Of a stretch of 64,000 nucleotides of DNA, positions 24,512-37,615 are shown piece after piece. The notes beneath the pieces are model-generated. The model saw nothing but the letters and a program-made list of their open reading frames with translations. It did no database searches and was not told where the DNA came from. Numbering within the stretch: the stretch's first letter is position 1; each line of letters begins with the position of its first letter. The stretch spans positions 2,356,001 through 2,420,000 of the forward strand of contig OU015566.1 of the NCBI GenBank assembly GCA_907165135.1, read 5' to 3'. The stretch is from Oikopleura dioica (Eukaryota > Animalia > Chordata). The position numbers and the translations under genes were made by a program.

Positions 24512-27486
24512 ATGAGGCTTTTGGTAAGTTCGACTTACAAGAGAAAATTCGAAAGCTTCTTATTATAGCTGTCTTTCGCCTTGCTGTTTGCAAATGTCCT
24601 CGCCAATCAAAAGTACATCGACCTGGTCATGGACTACCTTAGCACTCTTCCACCAGAGGTTGAAGGTCCCTACGGTCCACTTGTTTTCGACTCGACCACC
24701 CTTCAATGCGCAGAAGACTCGCTGCAGGATCTGCCAGACCTGCCGATCGGAAGTTCTAGAGAAAATGTCTACCAGCACATGATGACGTCATTGTTCTTGA
24801 AGGGCGATGAAAATGCTCTGGATGCGATCAAGTAAGCTTTTCTTCAAATAAATTTATAATCTTCAATTTCTAGAGCCGCAATGACCGCAGACACTTGGAT
24901 CTACAACGGTGTATTCGTCATGGAAACCATGCTCAATTTTGACATGCATTACGATGCCGCCGGTTTTGTGTCGCCAAATCCTGACTCTTGGGATTTCTCA
25001 GCTGTCAATTGGACTATTACGGGCAGTACCGAGGCGGAGCTCTCGGAAGACTACATGGGTGAGATTCTCGCTGGTCATCCAATGAGCTCGGATGTGACAG
25101 TCTTGGCAGAAGTTATTGCGCCGGTTTTGGAAGGATATGAAGATACTTTCCAGTAAGTCGAAATTCTTTCCGAAAATAAATTATTCTTTTCAAGGTATTC
25201 GTCCGCTCGAACAGTCTGCCTCAACCCTTCGCTCATCCAAAACAATCACTGGGTATGCCCTCTGGGTTTCGACCCTGCTACGGCAATCTGCCCAACTGGC
25301 TGTGCCGAGGAAAACTGCATTCTCGAAACAACTCTTGAAGAGGTTTGCGGCTCCTACGCCCAAGCGAGCTTTGATTGGGGAGTTTCGCCGCTCGTCGGTT
25401 CCTGGGGAATGGACTGGTTCGAGGATCAGGTCAACAACTACTGCTGCCCAGCGCTAAGTGGATTTCAACAATGGGAGATTCTTGATGGAGCGGCTCAAGC
25501 AATTGCTTCGATGGGCGGGTTTAGTGGAGCGCCATTTGCTGGTGATCAATTCGCATCTGGGGTTCAGGGATGGTTCGATGCTAACAACGGCAATTACTCA
25601 GGAATTGTCTCCGAAATTCTCAACTCCGGTGCATTCGAAGGTCTGGATTGGCTCCTGACAGCTGGTGAGTTTATGTCCACTGACTTTGGTGGCAACAACC
25701 GAAACGGCTCCGGTGGCGCCAACTACGCCACTCAATCTAACGGCTACTGGCAGATTTACGATATGATCGACCTCGTCAGCGTCAACGGATCTTGGGGCGT
25801 GTTCGGAAACGAGTGGAATGAGGGAAATGCTTCTTATGTGAATTTCACCTTTGGCGACTGGCAACAATGGGTTGAGGGCCATGCCGACGAGTGGGGAGAA
25901 AATTCGCAACAATTGATCGAATTCTGGAGCACTCAACAATGGTTCAATAACATTCGAAACGGAACGATGAATATCTACGGTCCAGGCGGCGAAGGTGGCG
26001 GTGGAGGAACCCCCGGTGAAATCCCAATCATCATTATGGAAACTGTCGAGTGGCCCTTCCCAACCGGCTGCATTACCAAAACCTACCAACAATCCATCAA
26101 CGACTATCTCACCACTCATGGCAAGAACCAGAGCCTTTTGACGGACATGAACTCGTTCTGGATCCAAATGAGCGCTGACCAAGGACTTGATTGGACTCTC
26201 GCCCCGGGCAGTGTCGCTGAGGTCTTGACTGGCACTGCTTATGGGTCGATTTCTCTGCAGAATTTCTTGAATTCGATCGATCCAACTGGTGCGAAATGGG
26301 CTGCTTTCCAGCCTTGCTGGCTCCTCCCCGAATTCAACTCCTTGATCGCCCGAGTCGAAAGTCAACTTCTCATCGGAACATTCTGGAACCCGCCCCAAGC
26401 AGCCAACGACGTCGAAGCTGGAGAACTGTTTGAAAACGCCAACTGGAACGAAATGCGACTCGATGAAGATTGCTGCAGCGTTGATGCGCTTTCGATCGCG
26501 GAGGATTACGATGCAATGCCGAATTTGGACTGGATTTGGGCTTCAAACTCAAGCTTGCAAATTGCCGATCAGATTGTGCCCTACTTGGATGCTGCTTGTT
26601 GCAATTTGAATGATACGCTTTTGGGCTTCTTGAACACGACGAATATGACTGATGGATATGGATCGCTTCATGGTGATCCCCATGTTATTGTTCAAACTCC
26701 TGGACAAGAAACGGTTACTTATTCTTCCTTGATAGGCAAAATTTTAGTTTTCATTGGCTGATCGCGTTCTTAATAAGATAACCAATTAAAAGAGGCAATC
26801 TGTTTCAAACTCGATGCCCAAAACGACGGGGTCTACACACTTCTTTCCGACCCATCTCTCAATTTGGATGTCACTGGTGAAATGACACATGAAGGCAGCA
26901 AGAAATTCGTCATGGACAAGGTCTTCATCACATCTCCAAAAGGTCTTCAGATCGAAATCGACTCGTATTTCGTCAAAATCGCCCGAGACGAAGTCGTTGC
27001 TCTCGAAACCTTGATGGGCTCTTTCGATGAATTTGGAATGGACGATGTTCATTTCTCCCTCTCCGGAGTCGCCAATGGAGAGCACAATAATGCGGTGAAA
27101 ATGACTATGGTTGGAAACAACGATGAGCGAATCGAGCTTTTGGTGAGCACGAAGCAGACAAAGAGCTCGCTCAGATTTTCGGTGTTGAATTCTGATGGAC
27201 TTTCAACGAGCGGATTGAAAGGAATTATCGGCGAAAGCATCATGGTAAGTCTAAATGTAGCTTTTTCTTCTAATTTTTTCTTTAGCCAAATGACTACAAA
27301 ATCGATGAAAACGGCTTCGTCCACATCGGCAACCGCGTCATTCTCGGTGGAGAGCAATCACATGATTCCAACAACGACTGCCTCCTCCTCAGCGACGATG
27401 ATGTCTCTCTTTTCATTGGTCATCCAGTTTCGGACTTCCAAACTATCAAGACCTTCGAACTCATTGAAGATCTTTCGCCCAAGTAA
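24512..27486 (+). CDS. Large secreted W/N/G-rich protein with ITIH C-terminal-like domain
   Basis: MRLL|LSFALLFANVLA signal; 450-codon central exon; HGDPHVIVQTPGQET|AICFKL...LLSDPSLNLDVTG...GLKGIIG. Confidence 0.8.
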
Positions 27487-27789
27487 AATATTCATACGAT
27501 AACTGCTGCTTTTTTCTGTAAATATTATCAATTTGAAAAACCCGGGAAATCGAAATCTTTTAATTTTTTTTCTTGGTCTGTGAAAATTTCAAAATGATTT
27601 TGATTTCTCCCGTTTTGGCTGAAAATTGAGACAAACTGGCCTGTGTCGACAATTCTTCTGCTCTTAGAAAAAAAATAAATTCAAAACGAAAATCCTTTCC
27701 GCGAAATTAAATAACGCGCAAATCAATCTGATGGTTTTTGATTACCCCTGTCCCAAGTCCATTAGCTAGCTCCTTAATTGATCGGCTGC

Positions 27790-28603
27790 GTTTTCCATGA
27801 GCCGCTGGCGACACTTTTCAATTTGAGCTTTCGAGCAATTTGCCCCGTTTTCTTTGACACTTGCAGTGAATATTTGATACTCAGAGGAGAGGCAGAACGT
27901 ATAAAACTATATCGGAAAAATAAAAAAACGAGAATAATTCGATATTGAGTTAAAAGAGGGAATTGATAAATGGAAATTGTGGAAGAAAACTGTCTCATAC
28001 CAAATTTGACAATAATTACCCATGGTTTGATTTTTCTCTCAAAAATAATTAACAAGTTTTTAGGAAAATGGTCAAAGTGGACGACTTGGAGCGACTGTCA
28101 ATTCGTTACTTTTCCACGTGAGAGATTTTTTTCTTTCCAAAAAGCAAATTTTTATTAAAGATTGTATTGGGAAGAAATTTCGATATCGCGATTGTTTTAC
28201 TCGGCCGCACTACAATTATGGTTAGAAAAGGCTTTTTTTGTTGAAGAAAAAAAAAATTCAGAAAATATCGAGTTCATTTGTAATGGAAGAAAGGTTCAAG
28301 AAGATCATTGTCATATTCATCTGTTTCGGGCTTGTGATATAATATTTCTTATCTAGATTTTTGGTGGTTACAAAGCCCCTCTGAAAGTGTCTCGTTGCCT
28401 GGACCCAAATCCCCCTTTGTACCATCATCTTCGTCGCTTTCTTCCTCGGCGCAACTTGGGAGTGCTACGACTATATCAAACGATCAAGAAGACCAAAGAC
28501 CGCAGCAACCCTGAAAGTCGAAAAAGTGTGCATCAAAAACAATCTGATTCTACCTCAAGATGACGAAGTTATTCAAACATCTTTTCCTCCCCATGATCAT
28601 TGA
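27790..28603 (+). CDS. Single-pass membrane protein with a TSP1-like motif; start uncertain
   Basis: GKWSKWTTWSDC exon; TM segment IPLCTIIFVAFFLGATW followed by a basic tail ending PPHDH*. Confidence 0.4.
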
Positions 28604-29120
28604 ACAATAAATCCAGACGAACTTTATCTTGCGAGATGGCTTGATATCAAAATACTCGACTGATCCAAACAAGCGTTATCGAATCAAACATAGCGTAAAT
28701 TTGTCGTATCAATGATACGGTATCTTGATTCATGACGATTGATAATAAAATAAAATATACTCTAATTACACATTAGCGATGAGCCCGACCAACTTCAATT
28801 TTTGATCTCTTCAAACTTTTTTTGAAAAAAATCTTTGTCCGTCAAATACGAGCCGCGATGATCGTAAATATTAAAAATGCAACTAGCATTCAAATTATCG
28901 ACGAAAGTCGAAACACCAAGGTTTTCTGATGGAAAAAAACTTTGGAAAGATAATTAAATCAGATCGTTTATTTCAAATAGAATCAGGAGCAAGTTTTGAC
29001 ATACTATTAATAAATTTAACATTTTAATAATAATGATAGGGGAATTTGATAATTTGGTAATATTAAAGACAAGAGAGAGAAACTCTTTTCAGTGAATTTC
29101 ATTTGCCATGGTTTTCCATC

Positions 29121-30300
29121 TTAAGAGTACCATTTCTGGTAGAAGAAATTCTTGACCTTGTAGGACAGCGCAGGATAGGCGAATGGGTCAGAAGCGTAAG
29201 CTCGGAAACTGCCGGAGACTTGTGCGTACATTGATTCGTATGTTCCTGAAAGAACCTCAACGCCGTCAATTTTCACGGAGTAGCTGACGAAACCGTCCAT
29301 GTTATCGGTCTGAACAGCTTCGAATGAGTTCCATTCGCCCTCGATGCAGTCGAATGTGACCGAGTTAAAATAGTGGCCGCTTCCGTTATGATCTTTGTGG
29401 GAGATCTCGTAAGTGTTCTTGTCCGGTTGGCGCGAGATCACGAATTGCCCCATCTGCACGATATTGCGCAATTTATCGTCAAGTCCAGTTGTCGATGAGT
29501 CGCAGAGTACGTCGACTCCGATTCGGTAGCTGAGAGTAGCGTCAAGAGCGCCGAGATAGTTGTTCCGGAAAGGATTGATAGCGCAGCCGTCCACGAGTGT
29601 GGTGCAGTAGTTGAGTCCGTCGCAAGGATTGGTGCACGATGGGGCAGCCTCCGTCGTGGTCGTTGTTGTAGAAGTCGTTGTTGTAGTAGTCGTTGTTGTT
29701 GTTGTCTTCCCGACGCAGGAGGTTTCCCAGCTGGTCTTATTCCAAAATGGCGCTTTGAACTCTCCTTCGACGCAGCGGACTCGACCGTTTACCGTTCCAT
29801 CTTCACAGACGAGAGAATAATCGGCTCGTTTCTGGTTGATGGTCTCGTAGAGCTTCAGCTGACCGTCCTCGATGTTGGTCGCGGCAGCTAATGCCTTGCA
29901 GGGATGAATGTCAACTGGAGAGCATGACAGCTGGGTACCAGTAGGTAGATTTCTTAAGAAATAAATAAGCTTGAAAATGAACGAGGAAAATTTACTTTCT
30001 TGCGACAGTAGCAGGGTCACCGCAGCGGGTGAGGAATCTGGGTCCGTCCTTCTTAGGCTTTGTGGTCCAATCGGGCTTGAATCCGCTTTCGCAAGTTGGG
30101 TGGCACTTGACCTTGGACCTCGTCAATCCGAGGCCGGGGCAGTTCCAGGACCCATTGGCGATTGGGAACGCTGCTTTCGTCTCTTCAATCTTGGCATCGC
30201 AGATGACTCGGCGATCCTCTCGTTCTTCCGACGTCAGCGAGTTGTACTGTTGGTAGTAACCGGCGTAAACACTGGCAAAAATGGCACTTGAAAGTCTCAT
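29121..30300 (-). CDS. Secreted protein with sushi-like Cys modules, Thr-rich linker and C-terminal beta-sandwich-like domain
   Basis: MRLSSAIFASVYA; CHPTCESGF; poly-Thr from GTT/GTA repeats at 29655-29706; RAYASDPFAYPA..KVKNFFY. Confidence 0.75.
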
Positions 30301-30819
30301 TTTTTCTAATTTTCGATTTTCGCTGAGCTTGAAAATGAAAATGATGAATTTCATGATTAAGGCGCTCGTTTATAAAGCTCCCGGTGTTGTTTTTCATTAT
30401 AAAGAAAAATTAAGCTGAACTCTTGTTATGGCCACTCAACTTTGTTCTGAGAGAAATCATTTTCAATAACCAAGTTGGTTGTTCTCCGAGAGAAGCTCAA
30501 AGCCCTTTTAAAAATGGTTAAAGAATAAATAAAAAAATAAAGAAAGTAAAACGTTCTGAACCTAGCCGACCCAATATAGCGTAATTAACGAATAAGTTAT
30601 TCGGAATAACAAGGAAAAGGAATTGCGAAGAGTTATTAAGATTATCTGGGAACTATTTTGGGAGATGATTTTTTAAATGGTAAGATTGAAGTAATTTTTC
30701 GACAAAAAATTCAGGAAAAATAAATCCTGCTCAAATTATCACTGAAAACGAATCAGGGCTCGAATAAATGATACGAATGAAATTTAAGAAATCCAACAGA
30801 TAATTTCTACATTTTAGTA

Positions 30820-30913
30820 CAGTGGTGTGAGAAGTTTCCGCACCCCTAAAGAGCGGGTAAAGTATGCTGCAACGCAGCACTCACAAAGGGTGCGTAAACC
30901 CCTCACACCACTG
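30820..30913. mobile_element. 94-bp Tc1/mariner-type MITE
   Basis: TA|CAGTGGTGTGAG ... CTCACACCACTG|TA. Confidence 0.8.
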
Positions 30914-31314
30914 TAAGGATAAATTTTGTCCTTTGGGAGTCCCAAATTCGGACCCAAACTTTTCGTGGGAAAATAAGAGGGGTCATAGGAGTAGAAGCGA
31001 TTTGTTCTCACATTTAATTTGGATTGAATAAAAGTCATAGTCAAGTATTGTCTAATGGACTTATAGTTCCGCATCCGGCACAGTCTTGTCTATCTACGAA
31101 TGGTAGTTGCCTTGAACGAATTCCTTTTTTTTCAAGAAGGAAACGTTACTCACGTGAAAAATTGCATTAGTGAATCTCCTGAATTCCAACAAGCGGCGCC
31201 CACTTTGTTATTTGAATAAATATATGGACACAATTTGGCCCTTCTTTCAGAAAGAACTCTGGCGAACCTTTACACCGCGGAAAATTATTATTAACGAAGT
31301 GAAAGGATAAAATA

Positions 31315-31747
31315 GGTGGTGGTCTAAACTTTGAAGTTCTTACGTGCGATAAGAACTTCGTGTGGCCTAAACTTTGATCGTTCCCATGTGCGATTCATTG
31401 AGAAAGTGGCCTAAACTTTGATCGTTCCCATGTGCGATTCATTGAGAAAGTGGCCTAAACTTTGATTCTTCCTATGTGTGAAAGTGGTCTAAACTTTGAA
31501 TTTCCCCTGAGGCGCTCTGACTAGTTCTATGTGTGTCATCACCTTGAATGAAAACGTAAACCTTATTGGTCTGCATAAAGCGTAGTGGCCTTAGCGGGCG
31601 GTGCTCTAGTCACCGATGGCAGAACCGCCTCCGGGGAAATTCAAAGTTTAGGCCACTTTCTCAAAGAATCGCACATGGGAACGATCAAAGTTTAGGCCAC
31701 ACGAAGTTCTTATCGCACGTAAGAACTTCAAAGTTTAGACCACCACC
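31315..31747. mobile_element. TA-flanked MITE with long TIRs built from a 16-bp subterminal repeat
   Basis: GTGG(C/T)CTAAACTTTGA five times on the left and inverted three times on the right; termini GGTGGTGGTC...GACCACCACC. Confidence 0.85.
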
Positions 31748-31950
31748 TATTTTAAAACAAATGATGCCAACGTGTTTTCGGGAAATCAACGTATCTGACT
31801 ACTATTTCTGGAGAAAATGATTATAAAAAAGCGTTTTTCCTTCTGATAAAAAATTGAAAGAAATAGATTTTTAACGAAAATGAACGAAAAATTTCAAAGC
31901 GGAAATAAAATCACTCATGTGTACGTCAACTCTTTATTTTCTTTTAAAAA

Positions 31951-34018
31951 ATGACAGATTTTGAAGAGGCAAAGAATCAATACTGCACGAAAACTTCTTT
32001 GAAAGAAATTTTCCATCGCGAAATCGGATTCAGAGATCTTTACAAAGCAAATGTCTGCCGTGGTATCGGATATTTAGCCAAACCTTATGTCGTCTTCAAA
32101 ATTATTCTCACAAGTAGGTTTCCTTCTTTCATCGAAAAATTCATGATCATTCAAGTTTACTGGATTCCCGGGCTAATTTACAGAATTTGGAGTTTCTACA
32201 ACGAGAAAGGATATCAGTTTGGCCTCAAGGATCGCCAGTTCACGGATTGGGCGTCAAACTGGAATGATATTATTATTTGCGTCTATTTGCTTATTACTAG
32301 GGAAATCACTAATAATTAAGCTTTTTCTAGCTTAGAAGGGTGAGGTTATAATACAGATTTAGAATCCCAGAAGCTGGGGATCATTTTGACTATTGATAGG
32401 TGGGGGTCAACTCGTACCCTGAGGGCATTTAGGCACCTCTGAAGTCCCAAAATCCAGCCAACTTCGGAAATTGGAATTTTGAACGCCCAGACCGCCCCTT
32501 TAGAGCCAGCGACTGTGCTAGAATTGTAGCCCAGGCTCTGACGGTCATTTGAGATATAGAAAAGTACTGAGACCCGGGGTTCCTGAGGAGCTAGAGGCTC
32601 TTGAAGTTCGGGAACTCGACAAAAATTGAGTACTTTTTCACAAAGTACACCATTTGTGTCACAAATGCCTCCAAAGACTCTTTATCTATGTTTATTCATT
32701 AAAAAATGTTTAAGAAATCATTTGGGGTCATCCGAGGTCACTCTAGGTCAGAAATTATGAAAAATTTAGAAAACTGTCATGAGTGACCCGATCTGACCTC
32801 GGATGACCCCAAACATTTTTAATGAAGAAACTTAGATAAAGAGTCTTTGAAGCATTTGTGACACAAATGGTGTACTTTTGTGAAAAAGTACTCAATTTTT
32901 GTCGAGTTCCCGAACTTCAAGAGCCTCTAGCTCCTCAGGAACCCCGGGTCTCAGTACTTTTCTATATCTCAAAATGACCGTCAGAGCCTGGGCTACAATT
33001 CTAGCACAGTCGCTGGCTCTAAAGGGGCGGTCTGGGCGTTCAAAATTCCAATTTCCGAAGTTGGCTGGATTTTGGGACTTCAGAGGTGCCTAAATGCCCT
33101 CAGGGTACGAGTTGACCCCCCACTATCAATAGTCAAAATGATCCCCAGCTTCTGGGGATTCTAAATCTGTATGATAACCTCACCCTTCTAAGCTAGAAAA
33201 AAAGCTTAATTATTAGTGATTTCCCCTACTTATTACAACCTTTCTCGCGATTCAGAACTGTGATGAGTATCAGTTTAAGAAAAAAGACAAGCAGAGGTAA
33301 AATGCCGATAATGGTTGAGTAGAAATGAGTTCAGTCGTATTCCGGCTACTAAAACGATGTACTTCTGCCAGGTTCTTTTCGAAGTTGTTTTGGCACGGGA
33401 TGAGTTATAACATGAGATTTCACGAAAATGAAAAAAAACTCTTATAAATTACCCGATTGTAAGACCCAGGCCGTAGCTGTTACAGCGATGTTTATGGCTC
33501 ATCACAACGGAACGCCAGTTGCTAAAGCATTGGCACCCGATGATCCTACTTCAGAAAAGCTTCTTTATGGCGATATTCATGTTCACATCATCAACGGTAT
33601 AAATAATATTGCCGAAGGATTCGGGCCTTTCGATTGATAATTCCAGTTAAAAAATAAATTAAGCGGTGGTGATGCTCATTGAGCTCTGCACAACAGCGAT
33701 TCCGGTCCGAGTCTTTCACTTTATCTTCATTTACGTATCAACAACCCGCGCTTTCGGAATATGATTTTGTTTTAGATATATTTATTCGTTTACACGCTCA
33801 ATAGCTACATCGCCTTTGTCATTTCTCCAGTCCGAAATAGACCCTACGAATTCCTTGATTGGGAAGAGCTCACCAAAGAGAAAGGCTTGGGGACGTTTGA
33901 AGCGATTGGACTCGTTTTTGCTGTCACAACAATTATTCATATCATTGTTTATTTCGTTTCAATGCTGAAATTTTGGATTGCTGATCTCTTTGAAAAGAAA
34001 TTTGGAATTTTAGCTTGA
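31951..34018 (+). CDS. Rolling stone-like multi-pass membrane protein; interrupted by a foldback element, possibly disrupted
   Basis: WASNWNDIIICVY; DIHVHIIN-AVVMLIELCTTAIPVRVFHF; PYEFLDW; ends KKFGILA*. Confidence 0.6.
32298..33227. mobile_element. 930-bp hAT-type foldback element
   Basis: 8-bp TSD CTTATTAC (32290-32297, 33228-33235); TAGGG termini; near-perfect inverted arms of about 400 bp. Confidence 0.92.
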
Positions 34019-34260
34019 TCGAATTGAATACATTTTTAAATAGAAACGATGGTCTTCAAAAGATCAATCATCAAAAACCGCTTTGTGCGCATTTGAGTTC
34101 TCATTTTTCTAAAATAGAGAATTTTATTTACAAAATCAGAGTTACAGAAAATCATGAGTAATTGAAAAGAGCATCGTCAGTGGAACAAGTACGAGCACCC
34201 AAGGTCGGAAGGCAGCATATTTGACATTTTTCGGAAAGACGCGGTTGAAAGACTAAAACG

Positions 34261-34792
34261 TCAGTGACCTCTCTTCATGAATTTCTTTACCTTTGATTCA
34301 TAAATATGATAAGCAAGAACCAAGTTGCCCATTCTATAAACTTGTTTGAGACCGATCATGATTGCTGCTGCTATCAAATAATCGAGTGTCTTTTTGGGAA
34401 GCATCTTTCTCGCCCGCTCCATGAACGGATCGATGTATTTTGAGTTGAATTCTTCTTTCGTCAGGCACTCTTCGGTGTCGTTTTCGGACAGAAGATTTGC
34501 GACCACTTGAGCTGGCTTTGTAATGATTTTATAACATCTAAAACCGTCGATTTTAGCCGCGTAGCGCAGGAAAGTACCCTTACGTGTATGCATCGGCATA
34601 ATCTTTCAACATCATCATTCCGCTCAGAAACACAACTCCATCGCAAAAGCCATAAACTGCCATGAAGCGCATAAACGGCACTCCTCCTTGCTTCCTCAAG
34701 TCGGCGAATTTCAGCTCTTTCAAACTCTTTCCACTTGAGGCGCTTCTGACACTTGCCAATCGAAATCGAACTAACGGAATTCGTGGAAACAT
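34261..34792 (-). CDS. Predicted mitochondrial membrane protein, unidentified
   Basis: R/S-rich presequence MFPRIPLVRFRLASVRSASS; two hydrophobic segments; one intron. Confidence 0.6.
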
Positions 34793-34876
34793 TCTAGTTG
34801 TTCACCATTAAATTGAGTGGTGAGATTGATAAGTGAACTATTTACGATTGAACAGAAATGTGAAAAAACAATTGAA

Positions 34877-36709
34877 CTAGTAGCTACCCCGGCCTCTGGA
34901 GCCTCCTCTATTACCGCTTCCTCGTCCACCTCGATGACCGCCTCCTCGTCCGCGTGATTGCCCTCTTGAGCTTCCTCGACCTCTTCCACTGGAATGATCA
35001 GCGTTTCTGTCGCCATGATAACTCTGAGAGCCTCTTCCACGTCCGCGAGGAGGACCACCTCGGTCATTTCTCGATCCTTGTCGATCATGATTGCCTCGAG
35101 AGCTTGTTTCGTTTCGTCTGTGATCATTCTCGCCGTGACCGCCTCGATCCGCTCGATGATGATGATCCCGATTTCCTCCTCGTCGATTACCTTGATGATT
35201 TCCTCGGTGATGACCGCCTCGGTCATTTCGCGAGCCTTGACGATCGTTATTTCTCGAGTAGCTTTGTCGATTTTCTTGCGATTCCGAAACTCTTGGAGAG
35301 GGAGCGGAAACAGTCGAGCTCTGAGGAAGATCGCCTCCAATGAAATCCATCAACGATCCTTGTGGACGAGCTTTTTCCTCTTCTTCGTAGTTATTTCTTC
35401 CGCGTCTGCCTCGTTTTCCGCCTTTTCCCCTTCAAAAAGAGTAGATATAATAATTTGCGAATGGGTCTACCTGGTCGATCTTTCATCTCTAGAATGGCTC
35501 TTGGCTGATAAGCTCAAGCTTTGAAGCCCATCAAGCGCCAGTTCCAAATCGTTGTCCGCCTCTTGCATTGCTTGAATACAATCTGCTTGCTTAAAACATT
35601 TCGAGACAGCCCTCCTTAATTCTTATTACCTGAAATCCCATTTCAACAAGAAGCTTCACTTTAGCCTTATCTAGTTCGAGTCCACTGGCGGTAGGTAAGG
35701 CCTTGTAATAGGAGCTTTTAGGAGCGTCGGGTTTCTTTGAAGCAGTTGGTGCTGGAGTTGGAGCTGGTGAATCGGTGTTGGATGAATGATGAGAGGAGGA
35801 ATTGCGATTGTATCTGCTTCTGAATATAGAGTGGTTATTCATGAAAAACTCTAAAGTACCTTACTCTCGATCTCTCCGCTGATTATTGGGCAAAACTCCT
35901 AGGCTCCTGCTGGTGGCAAATTTCAATCGCGCGGTTTCAATTTTTGCCAAATCTTTGGCCCTCTGTTCTTCGAATTCTCCCTCTGAATCTGACTCTTCTT
36001 CTTTGTTGAAGACTTTCTTTCCGCTGAGATCTTCAGTTCCAATTTTGTTTCTATTCTGCTTAGCGTTTCGTTTTTCGAAGGGGATGAAGACAGGAGGTCC
36101 GCCTTGTTCGAAGGTCTTGACGCGGAATTCGGAGTTTTGAGAGTCTTTATCTACAAGCCATTTTTCGATTAGGGCATCGACTTCGCCACCGAGGATTTCG
36201 ATCTTGGAGTCGTCGATTTCGAGATAGCTTCCTGATTGAGCAAGTTTTCCGGTCAAGCGGACTTTTGTTCCAGGCCACGTTTCGACTGTAAATTTGGATG
36301 TTTTTCTAGGAAAATTTTACACCCTAGCATAATTCGAAATACGAACCTGAGTTCGACCAGTTGGAATGATGATCTTCCATCCGTCAAGATAACTTGTAAA
36401 AAGCGCGGGTTTGAGTTGTTATGCTGGCTGATTGAAGGAGCGCCAACATTTTTGACCGCCTTGACTTGAAGAATAAGCGGCGTTGGATGTTGAAGATTCT
36501 TTTTCATTTCGTCGGTGATTGGCGCGGACGTGATTTTTGACAAATCTTTTTTGCAAATGGTTATTTTGGTGAGAATCACACAACGAGAAACCTGTATCAA
36601 GAGCAAGATCATAAAGTGGAATATTTTCTTCCTCATCGTCCTGAACCGATTTCAAATACTCAAAACCATCGTTTGATATCCCCCATCCTTGTTTCGACAG
36701 CACTTCCAT
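34877..36709 (-). CDS. TDRD3: TDRD3-like protein (OB-fold, UBA, RGG tail; no Tudor domain seen)
   Basis: LILQVKAVKNVGAP, LTDG, PGTKVRL, LGGEVDALIEKW, GGPPVFIPF, UBA LVEMGF, RPQGSLMDF, RGG-rich end. Confidence 0.8.
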
Positions 36710-36920
36710 CGTCTTAATTATACAACGGTAAGCACATGTATTCAACACTGTGTAATGACTAGGAAAATCACTCGAGAAAAATTGAAGTCAGTCAAATAAA
36801 ACCCAAAAAGTCCTGAGAAAAATGACGTTTATTTTTCAAAAATGGCGCAGTCGCTTGATTTTTCTAACAATCAAGAGAGTGAACATGTAAGCAGGGTAAT
36901 GATACGCAGGTTTCTTCTGT

Positions 36921-37279
36921 TTAGCGGCCGAACTTCTGGAATTCCCATTCTCGGTTGCAGAGAGGGCACACTTGGCGAGTCTATAATCAATTTTTTTACT
37001 TTTTTTCTATGTTGAATCGAGAAGAAAAGAGTTTTTCACCTTGAGCCATCGACTAATGCAGTGAAAGTGGAAGGCGTGGTTGCAGACGCCCCACGCGACG
37101 TTGCACTCCTCCGAGGTGGAGGAAGACTGCTGTGCCTGGCATTCGATGCACAAGTCCATGATGTGGTTTCGGCAGATGGCGCAGTTGTCGACGACAATGT
37201 CCCAAGCCCAGAGCGCTACAGCGTTCCATTTTTTCACTTCGAAGCGCTTCTTTGTTTCCGCCGCTGTGTCGACTTCCAT
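36921..37279 (-). CDS. RBX1: RING-box protein 1
   Basis: [37 protein letters not shown]...[13 protein letters not shown]|[19 protein letters not shown]. Confidence 0.95.
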
Positions 37280-37615
37280 CCTCCTTTTATCCGTGTCTCA
37301 CAATATCTGAAAAGGTGGACAGTTATTTTCTTTATCATCAATAAAACTCAAGAAGAGGGCACCATATGTCGGACTTTTAATGAAACAAAATAAATCATTT
37401 CCAGGGTATTCTCTTAAAAGCACTTCCCTGACGAAAACCAGTTCACAGTGACGCGAGACCCGTCAATTTCTCGAATTCAGGAAAGATTGACGGCTAGCGC
37501 AACTGTGCCCTGGTAATCTGTCCCCTCGACGGTTTTTAAAGTCTATATTTTGGCCCAGAATCAGATGGGTTTTGAACAGAAATCAGCAAAATAAAATTGA
37601 ACAGGAAAATCTAAT

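Noticed and set aside
25598-26398. 266-aa antisense ORF
   Set aside because: Shadow of the codon-biased 450-codon plus-strand exon; no motif or signal of its own
31318-31500. CRISPR-like array of 16-bp repeats with spacers of 18-28 bp
   Set aside because: Spacers are duplicated or related, the array is mirrored as an inverted copy at 31630-31747, the host is eukaryotic and there are no cas genes; these are MITE subterminal repeats
34771-35524. Several long overlapping ORFs on both strands
   Set aside because: Shadow frames of the low-complexity RGG exon of TDRD3
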